This document shows positions 54,175 through 64,000 of a stretch of DNA of 64,000 nt, piece after piece. The notes beneath the pieces were generated by a model. It searched no databases and was not told the origin of the DNA. It worked only from the letters and a program-made list of their open reading frames with translations. Numbering within the stretch: the stretch's first letter is position 1; every line of letters begins with the position of its first letter. The DNA lies in assembly GCA_030141605.1 (NCBI GenBank), contig JAQGDQ010000094.1:1-64000 (forward strand). Direction: 5' to 3'. Origin of the DNA: Tubiluchus corallicola. Lineage: Eukaryota > Animalia > Priapulida. The position numbers were made by a program, and so were the translations under genes.

Positions 54175-54739
54175 CTAAACAACATGTTTTCGTTACACAG
54201 GTTAGCCAACGTCAGCAATTTTCTTGCCTATTGTATTTATTAATTATTTGCACATTTGATATGAAGCTTAACGACCCGACAACTGTTCTCCACAATTATA
54301 ATCTTCAGTCAAACTAAACCGAAAGGAATGAAATGTGATTCACTGAGTCAAAATTATCTTAATAAAATAATGGATTCATATTTAGATCAAAATAACAGAA
54401 ACTGTTTATAAAGTCAAAATGAAGCTAACAACATTTCAGTTAAACAACATTAACAAAACCATTGTAACGAAACAATGGTGCTGATACGCATTGCTAACGT
54501 GATCATACAGAACATAGTCAGATAATGTGTATATACATACATACAAACATATACATCATATAAAAGCATATTATATAGAAATTGATACAGTAACTTTATT
54601 TTCAAACACTGAGCTATTTGTCACTGTATCAATTTCTTTACTGGTCTGTCTATTCAATACCTGTTTGGCTTCTGCTAACTACTTAATTAGTGCATAATAG
54701 GTTCTGCCTATACAAACTGGTTGTATGTTTGTAAATTTA

Positions 54740-54778
54740 CTACTGATGATGACAGCAGCAGCTAGTCGAAACGTCTGG
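54740..54778 (+). ncRNA. Minimal type-I hammerhead ribozyme motif (Penelope-type)
   Basis: cta-CTGATGA-T-GACAGC agca GCT(A)GTC-GAAA-CGTC-tgg has an intact core, a good stem II, an ACGT palindromic stem III and a GUC cleavage triplet. Stem I is only ~3 bp. Confidence 0.55.
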
Positions 54779-55694
54779 CATGATTTTAGCTTTTTAATGT
54801 AAAAGTTTTTATAAAGTTGTGTTGTTTTAATACCTAATAATTGACCATTTTCACTTAAACTTATAGACGGCAGAATTTTTTTTACAAAACTGACAGCTTT
54901 TCCTATTAGCCGTAATTATCGCAGTCAACTTTCTTTATTAAGTACAGGTGCCATCGTATAATTAACACCCAGCAAGCCGGAGTGCTAGTACGCCGCCCAC
55001 AATGTTCCACACACATGTAGGATTGTAGGTATTATACTTAATATATAAGAGAAAAGGTATCGACATGACCAAACTTGGGAAGCCAAAACTATTGAAGAAA
55101 GCCTTTTGGAATCGCGTAACTAACACCTTGCATTGACTCATCCTTACCTTGACAAGCCTATAGACCACTTGTCCTATGAAGGCCGAAATTTTATGGCACC
55201 ATTGTTTAATTTTACGCTTGCATTACACAAGACAGAAACGCCATCTACCAAGATGGCAGCCAGTGGTGATCCAGTGGCGACAACCAAGTGGCGCAGATGC
55301 AGCGCTACAGCTTATCGTTCCTATTATGGCGGGGAGCTGACATCTGAAGGTAGTGACTCACTGTCACCCGTTCGTTAGATCGTACAGTACTGGACAATGT
55401 ACTATAATATGCAATCTTCATTCCAGTTTTGGCTCCCTATTTGGAGGAAAATTTAAAAGATATTCCCAAAAGATCGTCGTCATGTTTTAAAAAGGCTACA
55501 TCTATGACCCGTGCCGTACAAAAGTACTGCTGCATGTCTACTCAGGGCCGGCTGGAGTACCACTGGCGAACCACTAGTGGCGAACTGTACCACTGGAGAA
55601 CTATACTAGTGAAGAACCGTACCACTGGCGAACTGTCAATTGGTGAAATGGGTGTGTGCCAAAAAGAAGCATTGATTAATGGCGTTTAACTTAC

Positions 55695-56043
55695 GCAAAC
55701 ACAACATCAGATTGAGGCTTCTTTTTCATAAAGAAAGGAACATAATACGCCACCAGCCACTGCCCGTGAAAGCAGTCAAAATACGGATTGTTCCAGACGC
55801 CATGTTTTATTGTTGCCGCTAAGTAAGTCTGGTTATCGTACGCTCTAATCATGTCAGCCGGCTCTTGACGACTTGCACGCACGTACAATTGCGATGAAAA
55901 CTGTTGTAGATTTTCTATGGGGGTGTCTTTGGTCGTGTCAAAGTAAAATTCATAATCACCAAGTATTGCAAAGTCTTCAGCATAAATTTCTCGTTCTTTA
56001 TTGGGAATTCGGTACGCATATGGTCCGAACCGACCAGTGCTAC
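55695..56043 (-). CDS. Tandem GPR158/179-ectodomain protein exon (Cache-like core)
   Basis: Bounded by ctttcag| and GC|gtaagt, phase 1/2. Encodes FGPYAYR...HGVWNNPYFDCFHGQWLVAYYVPFF, matching the GPR158-family G.W..PYFDC....W...Y..PF motif. Confidence 0.93.
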
Positions 56044-56927
56044 CTGAAAGCAAACCGAAATATAACACTGATAGTGTCACACACAATTTAAAATGAATAT
56101 GGTCTGTAATTTAATCCATACTGTAAATTTCACGCATCATTAGCAGCAGTGTAGTTAACCCGAGAAATATAAGCAACCTTGCCTTATTTACGTTATGATT
56201 AAAATATTGTTCCAGAATGGAGTGTTTTAAGAATATGGTGCCTTAAGCCGCCAACTCTACCTGCCGAGAAATGACTAAAAAAATTAGTGATGAGAGTTGC
56301 CAGTGATGACAGCTGACTAACAGAGTAATCATGTAAAGCACGCTGCATCAAGGTGGCTTGCAATTCTTAATGATATTTTTCTAAGCAAATGAGGAAGCTA
56401 CAGAAATTGTATTACAAAAGTTGGTTACACCAAGATTCAAAGTAAATGGAGAATTTTTTTATACGATGCGAAGTCGGCTTTATGCGAAACTTAGTGCAAC
56501 ACATTTGTATCTATGCTTTGCACCAAATGAAGTAAAGTTTTTTTAACTGAAATTTACATCATCATTAATTAAATCATCAAAATTAAAATCATGTCCTGGT
56601 AGTTTCAGTGTTTTTCATTATTTTACAGATGAACCTGTCAAATTGCAGCCAGGTGGTTCGAGCGAGTAACAAATAGTTTACGAACATTTACTAATTTTAG
56701 GTAAAGCGTGACTCCTAGCTGCAACAGAACTGCACGATGTCATCGACTACAATTGCGTGAGTCTGCAATTGAAATAAACTGATGAAATCAAACAACAAAA
56801 TTCAAGAAGAGAAGTCATTGCCTGAAAATGATAAGAAAATGAACTATAACAGTTCTGACAATGTATGATGAAAAAAACACAGTGCTAGCCGTGCATGTTA
56901 AATGATTATGTCACAAAGCTAGCTCAC

Positions 56928-57172
56928 CTTTAAAGTAACGAGAAACAAATAAAATCCCGCTGCCAAACAATTTCTCATCTGCCGCAACATTAGCTATCAC
57001 CTCTCCAAATAATTCTTCTTCAGATAGATCCATGGACCTTATTTCCTCTCCATCTCTATCCACAACGGTTAGACGTTGGTAGGCTGTCTGCATATAGTTG
57101 CTGAGGAAGTTTGCAGTACGGACCGCTAATCGTGCTTGGGGGACCAGAGATTCTTGAGCAGTGTGTAGAAAT
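56928..57172 (-). CDS. Tandem GPR158/179-ectodomain protein exon (N-terminal helix of the Cache-like module)
   Basis: Bounded by ttcttttag| and G|gtgag, phase 2/1. Encodes FLHTAQESLVPQARLAVRTANFLSNYMQ...LSEEELFGEVIANVAADEKLFGSGILF. Confidence 0.9.
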
Positions 57173-57699
57173 CTAAAAGAAATTACAAGTTGTAGAAACT
57201 TTTGTAGCTTGACTACAAATATGCCAGTAAAATTATTTCATCTAACTGGATGGAACATTCCAAAGTTAAACAATGTTATGTAATTTGGCATTACAGATTT
57301 AGATAGGCGTACGCCGAGAGAGATTGCTAGCCTCGCGTAAAATGCGACGCAACGTCGGGCGTCATGTTTCATGTTGTTGGACGAGCTACAGCCTTTTGCT
57401 AGTCCTTGCGTATGTATTTTAATAATTACTATAATGACAAAGGCTCACTTTAATGATAAAGGATAAAACTCATTGCTTTTTAAACAAGCCAAGCACTTTG
57501 ACAAACAAAAGTAAAAATAGTACTGTACTAAGAACTGTTACTTAACATTTGCGCTTTGCAAAGTTTTGACAAAATTGAAAACTGAATATTACTTACTCCT
57601 ACTAGCCAAGCCCCGTAAAAGTATTTTACATAAAATCGGAACTGAATTGAAATCAACGTAATTATCAAAAGTACCGCAACATGTGCCATGTAGTATCCT

Positions 57700-58680
57700 G
57701 TTAGAAGTAAACACGCATGCAGTAGTAATCACTGCCACTCTCACTGCTGCTACGATTGCCATCATCATTGTCATTGTCAACAACATTATTTTTTACCATA
57801 AGCATCACATATCATTGTCATCAGTATTATCATCATCGCCATCGTCATCGTTGTCATTATTTACTTTCTTGTCATCAGTGTCACTGTAGTCACGATCATC
57901 CGCCTCTATCTATTGACATATCAGCAACAGCAACAACAGTATCACTGGTGATGGCGATGGCGATTGTCATGGTGGCACCCACACCATTGCCACTGTCTCT
58001 GCTACCAACAACAACAACAGCAGCAACAATGACGACGACCATGACAACAACAACAAGAACGGTAACAGTAGTAACAGCAACCGTCACTGCCACTGCTACC
58101 ACTAACGACAATAACAACTACAACGACAACAACAGCAGCAACTGCAACAAGAACGACACCAACAAGATCGGTAACAGCAGCAAAATCGGTAAGAACAGTA
58201 GCAATAGCAGCAACATCAACGGCAACAATTACTATGACAACAACAGCAACATTAACGAACCAATAGCAACGTTAATGGCGAGAGCAGTAGCAACACCAGC
58301 AACAGCAACAAAACCACAAATGTAATAATGACAACAAAAATATGATAATGACGACGACGATGAGGAGGACAACAAAAATAGCAAGCAGGAAACTAACATA
58401 CAACAAGAAAAACAACAACAGCAGCAGCAACAACAGCAACAATAACAACAACAACTGTAGCATCAACAACGACATCGACAATAATAACGATAACAAAACA
58501 AAAGCAAAAAAACAACAATAACAACAGCAACATAACGACACAAGTAACAATGATGACACCAACAATGATGATGGTGATGATGACGATGATAATGACAATG
58601 ATGATGATGGTGGTGATAGTGATCACAACAAAAGAGCTACCAATAAACAAACAACAAACAAGCGAACAAAAAAATCAAAA
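57700..58680. repeat. ~1-kb cryptic trinucleotide low-complexity tract (ATC/ACA/AAC/GAT), intronic
   Basis: Seen directly; it produces spurious homopolymer-rich ORFs on both strands. Confidence 0.9.
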
Positions 58681-58759
58681 ATAAACAATGCAACAATATT
58701 AGCCTATATAAATTTAGCCCATATAACTTTTTCGAGCAGGCATAATTATTATTTATATA

Positions 58760-59060
58760 TATTCGTAGTACCAAACTTTTCTTATACCAAACTTCCTCTG
58801 TATCGAATTTTTCTAGCACTAAACTTTTCCAATACTAAACTTTCGTAGTACCAAATTTGTACTGCACCAAATTTTCCTTGCACTACACAATTGCTTGTGC
58901 CAAAAATGCTTGCTAAAATTTCGCAAGCACTGTATTCATCAGTACTATATCTTTTCTTTACTAAATTTTCCCATTACCAAAATTTTCGTGTACCAAAAAT
59001 TCCTAGTAGTAAATTTTCCCGATACCAAAATTATACCAGAGCCAAACTTACCTGACCAAA
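58760..59060. repeat. Degenerate 16-bp-period tandem repeat (c(c/t)aaa.tttt......a), possibly the subterminal array of a DNA element
   Basis: Units include ccaaacttttcttata, ctaaacttttccaata, ctaaactttcgtagta, ccaaatttgtactgca and ccaaattttccttgca. Confidence 0.8.
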
Positions 59061-59849
59061 CTACTTACAGAGCACCGTTGGAAGTATTGTTCGATACGTA
59101 AGCTAGCAATCTCTCTCTGCACACGCATATCTAAATCTGTGTTTGGCAACTGTTTAACCGTTGGTCGTTCTTATTAATTTGATGTTTAATAGAAATTTTC
59201 GCTTTTAACCATATACTTTGGATTACCTTTGTTTTTGTTTTCATAAAAAGAAAAATTCTGATTTTCGTGCATTTTGAAATTAGTTTGTAGCCTACAATTT
59301 AGTTTTTTTGGGAAGAACATATGTAAATACGTTTATTCATAAAGAGCGGTATTCATAATTAAACTCATAGTGTTTCAAATTGTTTCCGCGCATTTTATCT
59401 ATTTATTTGCAGGCTAGTTTTGATTTTAATGTTTTGTCGGTAATATTAGCTTCAACGCTACTGTTTTGTAAGTGAAACAAAATTTGCTTAATTAATACGG
59501 ATTGCAAAAGCTGACAAATGCAGCATGAGACTTTTATAATGGTTATGCAAAGAGCAATTTATTTTTGAATGATTTGGTACCTTTTAAATGTCAGACCTGC
59601 ATGCCATTTTTTACGGCTTCAGGATTAATACATAGTCATTATTTGAAACAGCTCATTTTTTGTCAATAGGATTGATAGGCTTATTTGTTGCCGGTCACAA
59701 ATATAGCGATTTTTACTTATCTTTATGTATCTTCTCTGGCGATGCAAAGAAGAGAAAAATGGACCTAGAATATGTTTTTCTGCTCTGCGTCATTAAATTT
59801 GACCCGTTTGTATCTTTTTATCTGAAGTTGAATGTATTGTAAAACTTGC

Positions 59850-59991
59850 TTTGCGTCCAGCTCAGTTTCATCGTAGTCTAGTAGATGGCAGTTTTCTAGA
59901 GTTATAGTCTTGAGTTTTTCCATTGTCTCTTTCATTGCTTGATGACCCGATATTGTTCTCTTTTGTCTAATGGTTTCACCCGCAAGCTGAG
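59850..59991 (-). CDS. Tandem GPR158/179-ectodomain protein, inter-module linker exon with RQKR site; GC donor
   Basis: The acceptor ttttttag| is phase 1. Encodes AQLAGETIRQKRTISGHQAMKETMEKLKTITLENCHLLDYDETELDA(K). The donor AA|gcaagt gives the required phase 2. Confidence 0.7.
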
Positions 59992-60828
59992 CTAAAAAAT
60001 TTAAACAGAACGAAGTGCGTAAGGCATAAGTTGATGAGAACCACCACTTATTGAAAATTAATTTATTCTACAGTTCCTTCTTCGTGGAAGGTCTGTTGCT
60101 ACATCATTTTTTGCTACTATTAAGGCAGGTGGTCTTTCCATTAATTTCTGAACTCCAGTAGTTTGCTAGAAGTAGTAATCATTTATTGATGTGTCTCATA
60201 ATTTACCATAACATTCCTAGAAGCCGGATAGTTGATTTCAAATTGAGGTTTTCCCTCAATCCTCTTTTCTGTGGAATTCATTACTGAAAAGTTGTTTTTC
60301 TACTAAGTACAATGTTATTTCACGAAGAAGATTATCAGATACCCTTCTTACTGGAAAACTAGTTATTAGATTAGTGTTTTTTCTGGGTCTGCAGTTATAT
60401 TCTCATTTTCTAACCAAAACTCTTTAGGACTTAAGTCCTGTTCTCACAGAGGAGTGATAAGTGGCTTGTTTGTACGCTTCGTGTAAAATATTTTTGTTTA
60501 TTAGCTAACCAATGAATATTACTATCAACAAATGCTACATATTTGGCAGTTTTAAAATTTTCTTGTTTTTCATGCATAGTAAAGTTATCAGGTGAAATCG
60601 TCAGTTTTTGTCAATCTCCATATTTAGTAATCGAGTATTTTGGTTAAAGTTGTCTCTAAATTCAATACTAAATTCAAGCTTGATTTGCTTCGGTTTAACT
60701 CACAGGCATCAACGGCATCACATCTACCCGCTTGCCAAATGTCAGAAGATATTCAAGTCAAGGGTCGGGCTTTGGAAAGATCTGGATAGATATTCGTCTA
60801 TTACAAAGTATTACACACGAAAACGTAC

Positions 60829-60994
60829 CTTCAATTCTGATGCAGTCGAAACCATTCTGATAGTCCTCATATGTTGAATGCTCTATGTCCGTTCCCAAAA
60901 AAGGTGATACCTGACCAGTTGGATATCGGTATCCGGATTTACATGCACACATGTAACCACCTCTCTGGATGCCATGACCTTGTAGTGGGATACA
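60829..60994 (-). CDS. Tandem GPR158/179-ectodomain protein, EGF-like exon of the upstream module
   Basis: Bounded by atgacag| and G|gtacgt, phase 0/1. Encodes CIPLQGHGIQRGGYMCACKSGYRYP...FLGTDIE...FDCIRIE. Confidence 0.92.
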
Positions 60995-61979
60995 CTGTCA
61001 TAAAATTAAATTATCGTCGATACTACAAAACACTGCGAAACTAAGTGACGCTTGGTCTAATTAGTAAATAGATGGGTGACTGTCAGGAAAACTGATTCTT
61101 AGGCAGTTACACCGATTATACTGCTTGCAGTTACCTCTGTTTTTGAAGGAAAATTATGTGCATAGCAAGGACTGTCTAAGACACTTCCGCAAGCACATTG
61201 TCTCATTTTTTAGACAGCAAAGTATCTTATTACCTAATATGGCGCTCTGCAAGTCAAGATCTAAAACTGAACTTGGAGCTTGGTTAATTGAAGTAAGCGT
61301 GGTAGGACCCATTTTTAACTTACCGCGAAAGGCTGAAATATGTCTTAACCAGGTTCGAATATATAGATGCATACATATTGTCGTCATAGAAACAAATAAA
61401 CCAGAGCAGTGTATGACTGATAAAACCACCCAAAAACGATTTTCCCGGCGAACCTCAACAGATAAAAAAATAGTCATTATTTTAGTACGTTATTTGTGTA
61501 TTCTCCGCTAACTTTAGTTATACACCTGTTAATCATATCTAAGTGTTGTTCAGAACGTCCAGACCTAGCATTATAGCCCATTGGTGATTTATTAATATAT
61601 TACATGCGCTTACTATGATGTCAATGACCGCTCAAGATACATGTAAAGATGTGCTTTAAAAAGTTTAGTAGCTTTATTTACTAAGGTAAAAATTTTGTAC
61701 ATTTATTATTTAAACAGTTTCATATTATTAAGTATAACTTGTTTAGTAAAAGTGATCAATAATAATAAACTTTGCTCAACACTTTCTTTGTTTATTCAAT
61801 TGTTCGCAATTTCTAATTTATAGAAATCTTGAACATTTCTTCGCTGATGATTAGCGTTAAAGAAGGTGTACACTGTACATGTATGTTTGTCAAACTCGAA
61901 ACATTAATTCTGGTTAAATACAACATTGGTATTTTTAGTGAGCTAATTTTAAAATTTGTGCAATAATGCTAGAGCAAAC

Positions 61980-62115
61980 CTTTGTTGTATTTTTGCACTT
62001 TGCTGTTCCGGCAAATATGTTGTTAGTTGAATCGCCGGGACACTGATTAATATCTACAAGGTGAAGTGGTACATCAATGTTGACCGCTCCAGTGTATCTG
62101 CCAAAATGAATACCA
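61980..62115 (-). CDS. Tandem GPR158/179-ectodomain protein exon (DINQC of the upstream module; alternative acceptor at 62097). Further 5' exons probably lie beyond the window.
   Basis: Bounded by ttttacag| and AAG|gtttg, phase 2/0. Encodes YTGAVNIDVPLHLVDINQCPGDSTNNIFAGTAKCKNTTK. Confidence 0.9.
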
Positions 62116-62282
62116 CTGTAAAATTATATAATATTAATTACTACAGTTGGCCCGTCTTTATTCTTTGAAGCAACCAGTGTCGGACACTTCCATTACTACA
62201 CCGCACACCACCCCTATCGCTACAACTACTGTCGTCGTCGTTATAACGCACACGAAAATCTGCCGAATGGCAATGATAGTGA

Positions 62283-62345
<63 letters not shown>

Positions 62346-62347
62346 CG
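62283..62347. repeat. (CA)n(CACG)n microsatellite
   Basis: Seen directly. Confidence 0.97.
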
Positions 62348-62845
62348 TATAAATTATATATTATTTAGTTGATATGTATGTTTTACATGGATTTTAAGTC
62401 TAAAAAAACTGATAATTGTGAATTGAATAACGCCTTGCACTCCCGAAATTACACGACGTTACAAACGCTGATATAATAAGTAATAGACGACAGGAAACGC
62501 ATCATTATCATATTATCAACAGGTCCAAGTATATTTATTGAAGTGCTGTTTACTAGTTATCTGAGCCATTATTAGTTTTACTGCCTGACCTTCGCCAAAG
62601 TATCAGGCTCATTCATGCACGTATGCATGTATAATTTACCATTATCGATCAATGAAGGTCTTGCTTCCTATAGTTAAGCCATCTCAAACCTTTCGTTTTT
62701 TAATCTTTATTACGAGCACATTTTTGGAATTTATGTCCTTGGTAATTCCATCCAGAGGTGAATCTTGAGTCTGTGTTTGCTTTGTAGTTTTTATCTTGCA
62801 AATTTAACATAAAGCTTTTAGATACTACACCATTTCCATTTTTAG

Positions 62846-62950
62846 TTGAGCCATAGTCAAGTCAAATTGAGCCAAAGTCAGACCACATTGATCCATAGTC
62901 AAATCAAGTTGAGCACTAGTCAAATCAAATTGAGCCAAACTAGGTCAAAA
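62846..62950. repeat. ~21-bp minisatellite, 5 units
   Basis: Units resemble ttgagccatagtcaaatcaaa. Confidence 0.8.
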
Positions 62951-63579
62951 TAATGATAATTATAATTACTTTAATATGAAACACAATCACTTACTGCGAT
63001 TTGTTTGCTTGTTTGTTTGTTTCATTTTATTCATTCACTCATTCATTCTCTCAAAATAAAAAAATGGACCTTTAAGATAAATGCTGTAAATAAATGAATT
63101 TTATATGTTTTAAACCTATCAGTTATGTAAAATTGATAATTGACTGGTTACATACACATTGCTTTTTTCATTTAGTTACTGTAAAATAAACTCACACTGT
63201 TATAGGTCGTGGAATACCATATGCGGTAAAGCTTTGTGCAACATGTATAGTTGAATCTGGAAATCGTTTTATTTAAAAAAATTATAAAATATTTAAAGTT
63301 AGAGCTTTGTCATCTAAATGTGAATTGTAGCTGCAGAAAACGTGTCTCAAATAAAAATCAAATTTTAAAACTAGTTGATAATGTTTCTGGTATGATCAGA
63401 AACTGAAGGTTTTGCAACAATAATTATAAAATTGGGTCTTCGAAATGACGAGACGGCAGCCTTTTTTGAAAGTGCTTATTCTCCTTTATTGAATTGCTTG
63501 AATACACGGAAAGTACATTTCACAATGAATCCTCAGCATTTATCATCTATTTTGCCGCTAAGTGGGTCACAGTCTAACA

Positions 63580-64000
63580 CTGTAACCTATACCATTCGAT
63601 TCACCTCATCAAGACCGTTCATTCGATAAGCTACATGGTACTATTCGTAGACACTCGATGCATGTCTGTTCTTGACCCCGGTTTTTGGGTTTTTCGGTTT
63701 TTGCCCACTAGCGGGCTCGCGCGGATTAGCTATTCTCATCGCAACCTATGCCATTCGATCCGCCTCATCGAGACCTTTCATTTGATATGTTACAAGGTAC
63801 CTTTGCTCAACACACGGTTGCACTTCAGTTCCCGTTCCCCATTTTTTCGGGTTTGCCCCCTAGCGGGCTGCTCGCGGATTGATTAGCTATTCTTATTGTA
63901 ACCTATACCGTTCGATCCGCCTCATCAAGATCTTTCATTTGAAATGCTACAAGGTACCATTGCTCAACACTCGATCCACTTCATTTCCCAACCCCCATTT
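63580..64000 (-). mobile_element. Reverse-orientation copy of the repeat family at 2600-3510 (tandem internal units; runs off the window)
   Basis: ccattcgatccgcctcatcgagacctttcatttgatatg is close to the reverse complement of the unit at 2635-2830, and occurs three times. Confidence 0.8.

Noticed and set aside
51975-55310. CTCF-like motifs (ggcaggtggcgctg at ~51977; gccatctac at ~55240)
   Set aside because: These are short matches inside probable repeats and cannot be supported without ChIP data or PWM statistics.
57683-58650. Several long ORFs rich in Thr, Asn, Leu or Val
   Set aside because: They come from the cryptic trinucleotide tract, are open on both strands, and have no splice or domain support.
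60070-60285. Two possible small extra exons in the GPR158-like linker
   Set aside because: They would need a ~41-nt intron and a weak donor, and the direct splice 60829>59991 is already in frame.

Overview
This is an AT-rich, repeat-dense, intron-containing genomic window from an animal, probably an invertebrate bilaterian. I reconstructed three spliced genes by eye, each with matching intron phases. (1) The 3' part of a NUAK-family AMPK-related kinase on + (exons 3976-4095, 7971-8106, 8487-10240). (2) An apparently complete Q50 paired-class homeobox gene on -, most like the CG11294 family (exons 28735-28830, 18886-19020, 15305-15483, 13562-13784). Its homeobox exons are absent from the ORF track. 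(3) The 3' ~600 codons of a - strand gene (9 exons, 62115 down to 46378). It encodes at least two tandem GPR158/GPR179-type extracellular modules (Cache-like + EGF-like) joined by an RQKR furin-type site, followed by a Thr/Ser/Pro stalk and a GPI-type hydrophobic C-terminus, with no 7TM domain. Non-coding highlights are a near-perfect inverted duplication with >=1002-bp arms (1-1002 / 1144-2145) carrying hammerhead-ribozyme-like cores at the inner arm ends, and several further Penelope-type minimal hammerhead remnants. The window also holds a probable solo LTR splitting an older repeat, Helentron-like tandem elements, an Academ-like remnant, many decayed LINEs, and mini- and microsatellites. 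All calls come from manual reading; no database search was run.
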